Of a stretch of 64,000 nt of DNA, positions 53,438-64,000 are shown piece by piece. Source of the DNA: Prasinococcaceae sp. CCMP 1430 (lineage: Eukaryota > Plantae > Prasinodermophyta); assembly GCA_013416795.1 (NCBI GenBank), contig RQSC01000014.1, forward strand, positions 514,339 to 578,338. Direction: 5' to 3'. Under the pieces are notes generated by a model, which searched no databases, was not told where the DNA came from, and worked only from the letters and a program-made list of their open reading frames with translations. Position numbers and translations under genes: made by a program. Position 1 is the stretch's first letter. Every line of letters starts with the position of its first letter.

Positions 53438-55956
53438 ATGGCGCTCTCGCGCAGCGGGAGCTTCGGCGGCTCGCGGGGGGGGAGCTTCGGCATGGGCGGC
53501 AGCGGCGGGTCGGGCGGCCTCACCACCGGGCTCTTCCAGCGCACGCTCACCGACATGATCAAGGGCATGCGCACACAGACGGCCGACCTGGAGGGTTACG
53601 TCGCGCAGTGCGTCACCGAGATCAAGGCCGAGGCCGCGCACGCAGAGGCGGCCACCAAGGCATGCGCGGTGCAAAAGGCGGCGTACCTGCACATGCTCGG
53701 GTACGACATGAGCGACCTGGCCTTTCGCGTGGTGGAGGTGAGCGCGCACGCAGCGACGCGCCACTGCCACGTAGCTCAGATGGCGCGGTGGCGCCAGGAG
53801 GCGGGCGCGCGCGCGCGTCGCCGCCCGCCCTTGCTCACGCGCTCATCACCACACTCGCACCCCCCGCGCAGGTCATGTCGCTGTCCAAGTACTCGCACGA
53901 GCGCGTGGGTGCCCTTGCCGCGTGCACGATGTTCGAGGAGCGCACCGAGGTGATGCTGCTCATCACCAACCTCCTGAAGAAGCAGCTGATGTCATCGGAT
54001 CCGTTCGAGACGGCGCTCGCGCTCGACGTGCTGGCCAAGGTGGCGACTCCCGATCTCGCTCGCGACCTCGTGCCCGACATCCTCGCCTTGCTCGGCGCGG
54101 CACGCGCGGTGACGCGCAAGAAGGCGACGATGGTGCTCTTCCGCTTTTTCAGGCAGTACCCGGACGCCGTCAGGCCTGCCTTCAAGCGCCTGACAGAGCG
54201 CCTCGAGGACGGTGATGAGGGCGTCATCGGCGCCGTGGTTTCGGTCATAACCGAGCTCGCGCTGCACGACCCGCAGAGCTACCTGCCACTGGCGCCGCTG
54301 CTCTACCGCCTGTTGGGGGAGGTCAAGAACACGTGGACGACCATCAAGATCGTGAAGCTCTTCGGCCTGCTGTGCCCGCATGAGCCGCGCCTGGGCAAGA
54401 AGCTCGCCGACGTGTTGGCATCGATCATACAGACGACGCCCGCGGTGAGCCTTCAGTTCGAGTGCATCAAGACGGCCACCATCGGTGTCACGCAGAATCA
54501 GGAGCTGATCGCGCTCTGTGTGCACACTCTGTGCAATCGCTTCGTTGGCAATGCGGACGCAAACCTCAAGTACTTGGGCCTGACAGGGCTCGCCAACCTC
54601 CTCGACTCTCATCCTGATGCTGTGTCGTCGCAAGCCGACACCATCTTTGGGTGTCTGGACGAGATAGACACCACGATTCAACGCCGCGCCCTACAGCTGG
54701 CGTGCGGGATGGCACGCCGTGCGACCCTCGCGGATACTCTCGACCGCCTCGCGCTGCACGCTGAGACCGCGGCGACGGGCTTCGCCGCCGACGTGGTCGG
54801 CGCTGCGTTGGAGCTTGGCTCGCGCGATCGCTACGCTCTTGTCGGCGACCACGCCCACTACGTGCGTACGCTGGCGCGAATGGCGCGCTCCGCAGCGCCC
54901 ACGCCCGCGCAGTCTGAGACCTTGGCAGCGCAGCTCGTCGACGTGTCGGTGCGTTTCCCCGAGGCGAGACCAGCCGCCGTGGGTGCTGCCTCGGACCTCA
55001 TTGGGGACGTAGCTCTGCTGCAAGAGGTGTGCCAAGGATCGGCGGAGGGTGGCGGCAACGATCGCTCGGGGCGCGGTGCGACCTTGCGCGCGGCGGCGTG
55101 GCTCGTCGGTGAGTACGCCCCCGCGGCGCTGGCTTCGTCAGCCTCGCCGTCCCCTGTCACCGCGGCTGCGAGCACGCTGGAGAAGCTACTGCAGCCTCTG
55201 GCGGGCAGGCTGCCGGGCGACGTCCAGGGCGCGTACGCGTATGCTGCGCTTAAGGTGTATGCCGCTGCTCGCGTTGCATCTGCACAGACCCCTCCCCGCG
55301 AGGGCGAGTCAGTCGAAATGCTCGGCGCCTTCGTCGGCGCGCACGCGCGGCCTCTGTGGGAGGCCGCGCGCGACCCGGAGACGCAGGATCGCTGCGCGGT
55401 GCTCTGCGCGGCCTTGCGACTGCACGGCCCCGAGGCCACCGCTGCGCTGGCCGCGCTCGTGGAGGACGAGATGAATCCGGTGTCGGAGAAGGCGCAGCGC
55501 AAGGTGCGCGTGCCTGCTGGGCTGGATCTCGACACTGCTCTCTGCGAAACCGTGCCGCCTCCCACGCCGCTGGCGGCCGACTCGCGCCCGCCGCCTGCCA
55601 CCGACATGTACAGCGGTTCGGGGCGCGCCTCGCCTTCAGGATATGGCGCTACTGCCTCGGATGCGACGACGCCTCCGACTATGCGCAACGTCGGTTCGTT
55701 CTACCTCGGTCAGGCCCCGCCATCAGCAGAGGACGGCTCAGCCGGGGCGGCGGCGGCGGCGGCGGCAGCAGCGGGAGGGCCGCAGGGCCAGCCGCAGGTA
55801 CCCGACGATGCGACTGAGGGGAAGGAGCGGCGCAAGAAGAAACACCGGAGCCGACGCAAGGAGGGCGAGGAAGGTGCCTCCGGTGCGGACGGCGGCAAGG
55901 AGCGGCGGCGGCGGCGCAAGCACCGGGAGGGGAAGGGTACCGAGGCAGAGTCGTGA
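53438..55956 (+). CDS. AP3D1: AP-3 complex subunit delta; exons 53438-53737 and 53872-55956
   Basis: LFQRTLTDMIKGMR, YLHMLGYDMS..AFRVVEVMS, KRLTERLEDGD, ELALHDPQSYLPLAP, WTTIKIVKLF.LL.P.EPRLGKKL, DANLKYLGL, and a Lys-rich tail. Confidence 0.95.
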
Positions 55957-56053
55957 GCGCGAGGCGGCACACTCTGGGCTAGCGCCCTGATATATTTTTC
56001 CACAAATAAATACTGTACATGTTATCGACACACACCCCAGAACTGGTACGACA

Positions 56054-57714
56054 TCACCCGACGTCAGCATACGGCATTTGCTTGCGAGGTGGCCGCTGCG
56101 GCCTTTGATAGCCGCCTACACCAGTAGGGAGCGCGCCCTTGAGACTGCTCAAATCCACTAGGGGCGTAGCCGCCGCGAGCTCGGACTTGGCGCTCCGCGT
56201 GTTCTCTGCCTCGTCGGCCTGCGGCGTTTGTGGATCGCGGCCCCTGCCATCGGCGAATGGTAGTTGCATCGGCTTACCGTTCCCGTCCTCGAGTAGCCCT
56301 GTTCCTCCCCGAAGTCCTCTCGCTTCACTGGCCACTAGCAACCCGCCGCTCTCGGTATCGTCCCTCCATCCCAGCATTAGCGGAGCGTGCGCGGCCTCGA
56401 TCGCCTTGGTCTTGGCGATTTTAGCCTTGGCCGACTCGCGCGTAGCGCGGCGCGCCACCTCACTCGCGAGCTTCTCAGCCGCCGCTGCCTGCCCGCGGGC
56501 AATCTGGGCGCTGTCGCGCGTCGACGCCCAGCCCGCGAGCGATGTGCCCGACACGGCGCCTGCGTCCTCCGGCGGGAGCCACTTGACGCAGTCTGCGAAA
56601 GGAAAGCGCGTGCATAACCATGGAGGCGTTTCATCCCGCGAGTGTCAGGGCGCTACGATCATGAGCGCAAGCGCGCGCGAAGGGGCATACACACCAAAGC
56701 GAGGCGCGAAACGTGGATGCGCGCGCGCGGGGGGTGCGGCTCACCGACGCCGTCGAAGAAGCCCCCGTGCTGGACGCCATCTGCGTCGGTAAGAATGCCT
56801 CGGCCGTGGAAGCACCCACGGTGGCCACCAGCGTACTCGATCGGCACGACACGGCCGGTTGGTGTGCTGACGTGCCCACCAGCGCCTAAAATGCCCGCGT
56901 GCCACGTGAAGACACCCACCGAGCCTGTGACACCGCGCGAGAATCGCCCCGCATACCGTGCTCCGCAGGCAAATTCCGCCACTCCGATGCCGTGTGGCGC
57001 GCCACGCACGAACTCGCCTGCGTAGGTCGAGCCATCGGTGCACTCGACTCGACCGACGCCATCGAAAGTGTTGCCGTTGAACTCCCCATGGTACTGCGCG
57101 GGCGGTGCGCCTCCTGGGCCAGCATTGAGCGATGCGGCACTGCCGGCGCCCTTGGCGCGTTTGCCGCCCACCCCAGCCCTGAGCTTTTCGTCGGGCGCGG
57201 CGCCACCACCAGCGCCCGCAGCGCCATACGACGCCGAACGCCACGCGCGACGCGCGCTGCCGGTCGCGCCGCGTCCACCGGCCGCGTTTGCACTTGCAAG
57301 TGCTGCAGTGGTCGTCCTCGACGCGACCGCGGCGACTGGGGCCTCCATGTGTTCTGTCCAGAAACGCTCGCGGAATTCCGTCACGTTCGAGCACCCGCAT
57401 GCGGCGAGCATGCGTGGCACATCGGCGCGCGCCTGCAGGGGCGCGTCGTCGTCAGCCGCGCAGGGGCAGCCGAAGACGAAGCCTGAATCCACCGCGAGTT
57501 GCTGGACAGCGCGAAGGGGTAGGTCGCCCGCAATGCCGTTCCTGCCTTGCCCGGAGTCCTCCCATCCGACGCGGTGCCAGTACCCGTGCAGCTCCTCGAG
57601 CTTGCCGTTGTTATGCCACGTCACCACGCGCTGGAGGTGTTTGCCGCTCACGCCCACGCGCGTGCGTGGCTCGAGCGCGCGCGCCGCGATCGCGAGCGGC
57701 GTCGTGCCCGACAT
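56054..57714 (-). CDS. MORN-repeat protein; exons 57714-56745 and 56592-56054
   Basis: YHGEFNGNTFDGVG, YAGEFVRGAPHGIG, YAGRFSRG..GSVG, YAGG...FHGRG. Intron 56593-56744 is GT-AG, phase 1. Confidence 0.78.
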
Positions 57715-58341
57715 GGGGATCGCGCGCGCGAGCGTGCGCGCTCGGGCGCGCGCGCGGTGCCCACCCACCCCCACCCGCCTCACACGCACACGCACACACA
57801 CAGGCACACACACGTACACACACGCCCCCGCGCGGCCGCCCGAGCGGCACCCACGCCCCCTCCCGAACCCCTCCTCCACCCACCGCCGCAACCTGAGACC
57901 TCGGGCCTTTCCCCCACGCCCGTGCTGTGGCGTGCACACGGCCGCCCGCCCCCGTCGCCCCCGCGGCGGCGCGTGCCCCTTCGCCCGACGCAGGCGCCCG
58001 CTCGGGGGACTGCGCTTTGAGCTCTCTCGCTCGCGGGCGTCCATCAAACCGCATCCAACACCATCAAAAACAGTGCGAATTCCGGCGCGGCACCGCCATC
58101 GGGCTCCAGCAGGCGGCGGCGCATTGGGGGACATCCGCCATGACCACGGTCTATTCGAGGGGTCCTTTCCCAGATGCATCGGGTCGTTTCGGGGATGATG
58201 ATGCGGTCATGTGGAGGATAGACCGGGTTTATTTATGCGGGTGTGCGTGCGCGCGCGTGCGCGTCCGCGTGCGTGTGTGCGTGCGGGGGCGGGTGGCAGA
58301 GAGGCGCGCGTGGCTGCGGCAGGCGGGCGGGCGTGGCGGGC

Positions 58342-59436
58342 ATGTTCGTCGCCGCGGCGGCCCGGGTGCGTGGGGGCGCGGGTGCGAGCGACGGGCGCGC
58401 GCCCCCCGTGGCGGCAGGGAAGAAAGGAAGGGTTTACCTCGGGGACGACGATGAGTACAACGCGTCGCTCGAGGGAGGCGCCGTTGACGACTTTGGAGGG
58501 GAGGCGCCCTTCTTCGAGCCCGACGACAATGTCATCGAGGGTGCGTGGCCGCTCGCTCGTTTGCGCTGCGCATGCGCGCTGGGGTGCTCTCAGCCCATCG
58601 TGAGCGCCGACACCGCGCCGTGCGTGTAGAGGCTCTCGTCGCGCCCGCGCTGACTGCGCGACCGCGCGCGCGACGCAAGACGGCGACTTCGATGACTTCG
58701 ACGTGTCGGAGTTCGAGGATGACGCCGACGATGACATGCCAGGTGTACGCCTCGGCGACGTCGAGTGGGCGCCGGCGGCGCTGGAATGCTGCGAGCGGGT
58801 GCTCGAGGATGAGTTCGACGGGGCACTGAGCATCTTTTCGTTCGACGTGGACGAGTCGCGCCGCGCAGTGACGGTGAGCATTGACAAACCGAGCGACCAG
58901 TACGGCGCGCCGGGGGTGGACGAGATTGTCGCCGTGGCGCGCTCGCTCAACGCCTCGCTGGATGACTTCGCCGCCGATGGGCGCGTGCCAGAGCAGACGG
59001 CTGCATCGGTGTCGTCACCGGGTGCCGAGCGTAGGCTGCGCGTCCCAGAGGACTTCGAGAGGTTCAAAGACGTGCGTGCGAGCGCGCTGCCGCGCTCGGT
59101 CGTCGGCCGCACCTCGCGCGACCGCTCGTACGGCTCGCTCTCCCCGCACCGACGCTGACACGCGCTGCCTCGCTCGCCGGCGTTATGAACGAACGGACGC
59201 AGCTGCCCATGGAGGTCACCTTCTTCGATGTGGCGAGCGAGGACACCATCACGCACGTGATGGCGTACCTTGGCCCTTCAGAGGAGCACCCCGAGGACGC
59301 CACGCACTGGAAGCTCGCCGAGGTCAAGGCGAATCGCGGCGAGAAAGGTCGGCCCATGAACAAGAAGAAGAAGATGATGCGCTTCGACATCGACCACGCG
59401 CACATCGCAAAGGCAAATCTCCACCTGGACGCGTGA
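58342..59436 (+). CDS. RimP-like ribosome maturation factor (organelle-targeted, plant type); exons 58342-58540, 58680-59071, 59203-59436
   Basis: TVSIDKPSDQYGAP..DEI, VSSPGAERRLRVPEDFERFKDLPM, HWKLAEVKANR..KGRPMNKK. Introns join in frame; the start codon is tentative. Confidence 0.82.
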
Positions 59437-59470
59437 CGCGCGCCTCGCCATGCGCGCGGTACATGCCGTG

Positions 59471-59475
59471 TGTAA
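59471..59475 (+). terminator. TGTAA polyadenylation signal of the RimP-like gene
   Basis: TGTAA 34 nt after the stop codon. Confidence 0.55.
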
Positions 59476-59634
59476 TGCTGCATGCGAATGGAGCCCGAGG
59501 AAACCCCGCTTTCTCGCCCTCCCCCCCCCTTCGCACGCACGCACGCGCGCGCACAGACACGCGCTAGCCACCCACCCGCCCGTTCGCCCGCCCAGTGTGC
59601 TCATGTACACGCGTTTACTACCTGCTGGCCCCTC

Positions 59635-60526
59635 TCAAAAGCCCTTGCCTTTAGTCCTGCTCGGGCCGGTCGAGACGGCCTTCGCACCACCGCTGCTGCT
59701 GCCTTTGCTGCTGCTGCCCGCGCCCGGCGCGAGCGCGTCAACCTTGCCCGCCTTCGCCTCCTCGGCCTTCTTGAGAATGTACTTCTTGAACTCGACAAAG
59801 TTGTCGACCGAGCGCAGCTCGACCTTGTCCCCGTTTTTCAGCGTGACCAGCAGGTCTCCCCACAGCAGGTTGCCCACGGTGATGCAGTCGGTGACGTCCT
59901 CGAAGGCCACATCGGTGCGCTCCTTCTCGCCAACCGGGGGCTCCGAGCGCACCGTCAGGCGCTGATTCGCGCGCGCGCAGGGTGGTCCGAGAGACGCGTG
60001 TCAGCGAGCGAGGGACAGCCGCGAGCGCGACGGCGGCGCTCCGCGGCCCAGGGGATGGACCATCGTCGGAGCTGCCGCCGCAACCGCTGCGGTCGAGGCG
60101 CGCCGTTCGCACCTTGTTGGTGAGCCTGTACCTCACCCAGGTGAAGCGCCCGATGGACGCCAGGGAGAGCGGCAGCCACAGAATGGTTGCGCCGAGCGCC
60201 ACGTTGGAGATGAGGTCGCCGACGCTCGGCCTGAACGCGGCGTACTCCTCCTCCCCCTCCATGTCCTCCTCCGGCAGCTCGGTGAGGCCGCGCGCCTTGG
60301 CGCCCTGCATGGCCTCCTGGGCCTCCTTCTGCGCCTGCTTGCGCGCCTCCTTGAGGTTGCGCTTAGAGCCCGTCTTGGCGGAGATGGCCGCGAGGCGCGC
60401 CTCGAAGTCGTCGTCCTCCTCCTGGGCCGCGCGGGGCGCCGCGCGCCGCGCGGCCAGCGCCCCTTCCCCCTCCCGAGCGCCCCGCCAGGGCCGCGGCACG
60501 CCCGGCTCTGCACGTGCCGCCGCCAT
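59635..60526 (-). CDS. Plastid-type bPH_2 (DUF304) membrane protein of cyanobacterial origin; exons 60526-60113 and 59961-59635
   Basis: PSVGDLISNVALGATILWLPLSLASIGRFTWVRYRLTNKRLTV...WGDLLVTLKNGDKVELRSV resembles cyanobacterial and plant PH-domain membrane proteins; Ala/Arg-rich transit-like N-terminus. Confidence 0.8.
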
Positions 60527-62690
60527 GGCGATGGGCATGCCAGGCATGATGCCCGGCATGATGCCTGGTGGCCCTGGCGGTGCGGGCATGGGCATGAACG
60601 GCACCGAGGAGAACTCGCTCTTCGACGGCCAGCGCACCAAGGGCCAGGACGTGCGCACGCAGAACGTCACCGCGGTCGTGTCCATCGCCAACATCGTCAA
60701 GAGCTCGCTCGGCCCCGTCGGCCTCGACAAGGTCGGTCAACGCGCGCGTTGGAGGCGCCGCGCGGGCCCAAATATGTCGCGACGGGCGCGCAGTGCGCAC
60801 CGAGCTCGCCTGGCGCGACGAGGGCGGTGCTCTGGCGCTTGGGCGCGCCTACAACCGCGTGCGCGAGCTGCCCGTGGCGGCGGCGCGCTCGCGTGCAGCG
60901 CTGTGCGCGACGCGGCGCGGATTCGTTGCGTGCGTAGGTCAAGAGCGCCATGCGCGTGCGGGGCCGAGGGCACGCTCGCTGCGCCGGCCGAGCGCCCCGC
61001 CCGGGCCACGCACGCGCGTGTGATTCATCGCGAGCGTAGGGATGGCCGATTGCGCGCGCGTGCTCGCTTGGGCGCGCGTCAGCGCTCCGTCTGCCCTCGC
61101 CTGTCATGGCCCCGCGTGCTGACGCTGCTGGTTGCCCGCGTGCCGCGCGTGATTGCCGCCGCCTCGGTCTTGCTTGCTTGCACGACTGCCACGCAGATGC
61201 TTGTGGACGACATCGGCGATGTGACCATCACTAACGACGGTGCGACCATCCTGAAGCAGCTGGAGGTTGAGCATCCCGCCGCGAAGATCCTTGTGGAGCT
61301 TGCGCAGCTGCAGGACTCCGAGGTCGGCGACGGCACGACCTCGGTGGTGGTCTTTGCTGCCGAGCTGCTCAAGCGTGCCAACGGCCTGGTGCGCAACAAG
61401 ATCCACCCCACCTCGATCATCAGCGGCTTCCGTCTGGCCATGCGTGAGTCGTGCCGCTACATCGAGGGTTCCCTCTCACACGACACCGCCTCCCTTGGCG
61501 AGGACACGATCATCAACATCGCCAAGACTTCGATGAGCTCGAAGATCCTCGGCGTGGACGACGAGTTCTTCGCTAGGCTTGCCGTCGATGCGCTCAAGAG
61601 CGTGCGCATGGTGAACTCGGAGGGCAACGCACGCTACCCGGTCAACGCTGTCAGCGTGCTCAAGGCGCACGGCCGCTCGATCCGCGAGAGCCGGATTATC
61701 AATGGCTACGCGCTCAACGTCGCGCGCGCGGCGCAAGGCATGCCCACGCGCGTGGAGGGCTGCAAGGTTGCGTGCCTGGACATGGACCTTCGCAAGACCA
61801 AGATGGCTATGGGTGTGCAGGTGCTGGTGACGGATCCGCGCGAGCTCGAGCGCATCCGCGAGCGTGAGGCCACCATCACCCGCGACCGCGTCGAGAAAAT
61901 CATCGCTGCGGGTGCGAACGTTGTGCTGTGCTCCAAGGGCATCGATGACTTGGCGCTCAAGTACTTCGTGGAGGCTGGCGTGATCGCGGCCAGGCGCGTG
62001 CCCAAGGAGGATCTGCGCCGCATCGCCAAGGCGACGGGCGCGCAGGTGCTGCTGACGCTCGCTGACGAGGAGGGCGATGAGACCTTCCCGCCTGAGGCTC
62101 TTGGCGAGTGCGAGGTCGTGGAGGAGGTGAACGTGTCGGATGACATGATGCTCATGCTCGAGGGCTGCAAGACACACCGCGCCACCAGCGTGCTGCTGCG
62201 CGGTGCAAACGACTTTATGCTCGACGAGATGGACCGCGCGCTCCACGATTCGTTCTGCGTCATCAAGCGCGCGCTCGAGTCGGACACAGTGTGCGTTGGC
62301 GGCGGTTGTGTTGAGGCGTCGCTCTCGATTTACCTCGAGCAGCTGGCCACCACGCTGGGTTCGCGCGAGCAGCTGGCCATTGCGGAGTTCGCCGAGGCGC
62401 TGCTGGTGATCCCCAAGACGCTGGCAGTCAACGCGGCGAAGGATGCTACTGACCTGGTGGCCAAGCTGCGGGCGTACCATCACACCGCGCAGAACAAGCC
62501 GGGCAAGGAGCACCTCGCGGGGTACGGGCTCGACCTGGTGAACGGCGTCGTTCGCAACAATCTCGAGGAGGGCGTGCTCGAGCCGGCCATGTCGAAGGTC
62601 AAGTCCATTCAGTTCGCCACGGAGGCGGCGATCACCATCCTGCGTATAGACGACCTCGCCCGGGTGGCCGCGAACGACCCGCAGCAGTGA
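60525..62690 (+). CDS. CCT1: Cytosolic chaperonin CCT alpha; exons 60525-60731 and 61197-62690
   Basis: [25 protein letters not shown]|[61 protein letters not shown]. The first ATG could be any between 60525 and 60594. Confidence 0.96.
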   Translation: MAMGMPGMMPGMMPGGPGGAGMGMNGTEENSLFDGQRTKGQDVRTQNVTAVVSIANIVKSSLGPVGLDKVGQRARWRRRAGPNMSRRARSAHRARLARRGRCSGAWARLQPRARAARGGGALACSAVRDAARIRCVRRSRAPCACGAEGTLAAPAERPARATHARVIHRERRDGRLRARARLGARQRSVCPRLSWPRVLTLLVARVPRVIAAASVLLACTTATQMLVDDIGDVTITNDGATILKQLEVEHPAAKILVELAQLQDSEVGDGTTSVVVFAAELLKRANGLVRNKIHPTSIISGFRLAMRESCRYIEGSLSHDTASLGEDTIINIAKTSMSSKILGVDDEFFARLAVDALKSVRMVNSEGNARYPVNAVSVLKAHGRSIRESRIINGYALNVARAAQGMPTRVEGCKVACLDMDLRKTKMAMGVQVLVTDPRELERIREREATITRDRVEKIIAAGANVVLCSKGIDDLALKYFVEAGVIAARRVPKEDLRRIAKATGAQVLLTLADEEGDETFPPEALGECEVVEEVNVSDDMMLMLEGCKTHRATSVLLRGANDFMLDEMDRALHDSFCVIKRALESDTVCVGGGCVEASLSIYLEQLATTLGSREQLAIAEFAEALLVIPKTLAVNAAKDATDLVAKLRAYHHTAQNKPGKEHLAGYGLDLVNGVVRNNLEEGVLEPAMSKVKSIQFATEAAITILRIDDLARVAANDPQQ

Positions 62691-62917
62691 GTGGGACGCG
62701 GGCACGCTCCGCCTAGCGCGGGCCTTAGCCCTTCTTCCCCCTCCCACGCCCCCCATGCCCTGCATAAATCAGTAAGACGACCGACGCGCCATTGGATGTC
62801 TTTGTCCCGTCGGCGGAGCCCCGTCGAAGTGCCGTCACCAACATCGCTCCCGCGCGTGCCCAGCGCAGCCCGGCCTCGCACATGCATGTGCATGGCACAT
62901 CAATTCCGACAGCAGCA

Positions 62918-62922
62918 TTACA
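62918..62922 (-). terminator. TGTAA polyadenylation signal of the bZIP gene
   Basis: TTACA on the plus strand, 87 nt beyond the minus-strand stop codon. Confidence 0.45.
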
Positions 62923-63009
62923 TTCAGCTTCGAAGTTTCGCTCGCACTGCGTGGATACACGGCTAGCCCGCGCAGCTCGCAACGCACGCGGCCAAGCTAC
63001 CTCAGCGCA

Positions 63010-64000
63010 CTAGCTGCCGCTGCTGCTATCCGATTTGACGTCGCTTTTTGTTCCGGCCGAGTCGTCCTTCTTGTTTGTTTTCGTCATCTTGACTGCGGCA
63101 TCGTGCGCGGCAGCGATGGCGGCGGCGGCTGCCGCGGCGGCCTTGGTGTGGGCGTCGGACGCCTTGCCGCCCTTGCCAGCCTTGGCCCCAGCCTTCCCGA
63201 CGAGGACGTCGTCCACCTCCTTGCCTGTGAGTTCCTTGAAGCTCCCGCGCAGCACCCCGTACTTCTCCTCGAGCTTGGAGCACGCCTCGTGGAGCCGCGT
63301 GACCTCCTCGCGCAGCTGCATGTTCTCGTTGGTGAGCAGGTCGACGCGGGTCCCTAGCTCCTCGCATTCGGCCTGCTTGCGTAGCCGCGAGCGGCGCGCG
63401 CTCTCGCGGTTGGACTGCTTGCGGCGCTGGCGCTTTACCTCGCGCTCGTCGCTCATGCCGCCGGCGCCCGCGAAGCTGTCGCCGCCGGGCGTCGCTCCGG
63501 CGTTGGCGACCGCCGCCTTGATGGCCGCGGCCATGTGCTGCGCGGGCGCCCCGACCGCCGCGGCGCTCCAGTAGTCCGCCGCCGCCGCTCGGCGGGCGCG
63601 CCGAACGCGCCCGCGGCACCCGCTGCGGGCGCGCCGAATGCGCCTCCGCTGCCGGCATCGACCTTGGCGACATGCAAGCCCTTCTCGCTCATGTGCTCGT
63701 AGCTGCGCTTGCGAAGCAGGCTGAGGCCCGTGGGCTCCGCCGCGGCCTCGCCCCCTGCTGCCCCCCCCTTGCCCTTGGCGCCGCCCTTGGCCTTGGCCTT
63801 GCCGCCCTTGCCGTTGGCCACGGCGTCCTTCCCGCCGTCCGAGCCGTCCTTGCCGCCGCCGGACTTGTCGTTGACGGCGGCCTCAGCGGCGGCCTCGCCG
63901 AGCTCCTGGAGGTTGGTGGCGCTCTTGGCCTTCGGGCGCACCGCGAGCGCCGCGACGTCCGCCCCCACGCTCGCGCCCGCGCCCGCGCCCGCGTTTGCGG
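63010..64000 (-). CDS. Group G (GBF-like) bZIP transcription factor, 5'-partial, with a frame break at about 63590
   Basis: [32 protein letters not shown] plus leucine zipper; upstream ADYW motif and LLRKRSYE segment. Confidence 0.9.

Noticed and set aside
30889-55956. AAGAB and AP-3 delta as a trafficking cluster
   Set aside because: They are more than 21 kb apart, and AAGAB is known to chaperone AP-1/AP-2/AP-4 rather than AP-3.
1074-61196. Introner-type repeated introns
   Set aside because: The introns compared by eye share only donor, branch and simple-repeat words, not extended similarity. A genome-wide blastn would be needed to exclude this fully.
1-64000. tRNA, rRNA, CRISPR arrays, transposases, reverse transcriptases or viral genes
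   Set aside because: No recognisable motifs on either strand; all long coding regions are explained by cellular gene families or low-complexity orphans.

Overview
This is nuclear DNA from a very GC-rich eukaryote, most likely a green alga of prasinophyte grade. That is an inference from the plastid-type EF-G, the RimP-like, DUF760 and bPH_2 genes, the G-box bZIP, GT-AG introns and TGTAA-like 3' signals. The window is gene-dense, with about 26 protein-coding genes. In order: DUF760 fragment, RBL14/RHBDD1-type rhomboid, RING protein, KDM5/JARID1 demethylase, putative acylated protein, RPB12, Hydrolase_4 lipase, GNAT-bromodomain protein, double glycosyltransferase, RIF1, CCDC103, Ser/Arg-rich protein, AAGAB, MOSC/mARC, sulfotransferase, kinesin-14, DR1/NC2beta, TEP1-like NACHT-WD40, plastid EF-G, coiled-coil protein, AP-3 delta, MORN protein, RimP-like, bPH_2 protein, CCT1 and a GBF-type bZIP. 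There are two N gaps of about 0.4 kb. I found no supportable rRNA, tRNA, CRISPR array or intact transposon. Most interesting observations: (1) two head-to-head genes whose start codons sit on the same palindromic CGCCATGGCG; (2) an uncharacterised GNAT + bromodomain + AP2-like + AT-hook chromatin protein; (3) near-strict strand alternation, with palindromic TGTACA at many convergent 3' ends; (4) a TEP1-like STAND protein lacking TROVE and the Walker-A lysine; (5) a rhomboid with Thr in place of the catalytic Ser. All family assignments come from motif recognition by eye, not from database searches.
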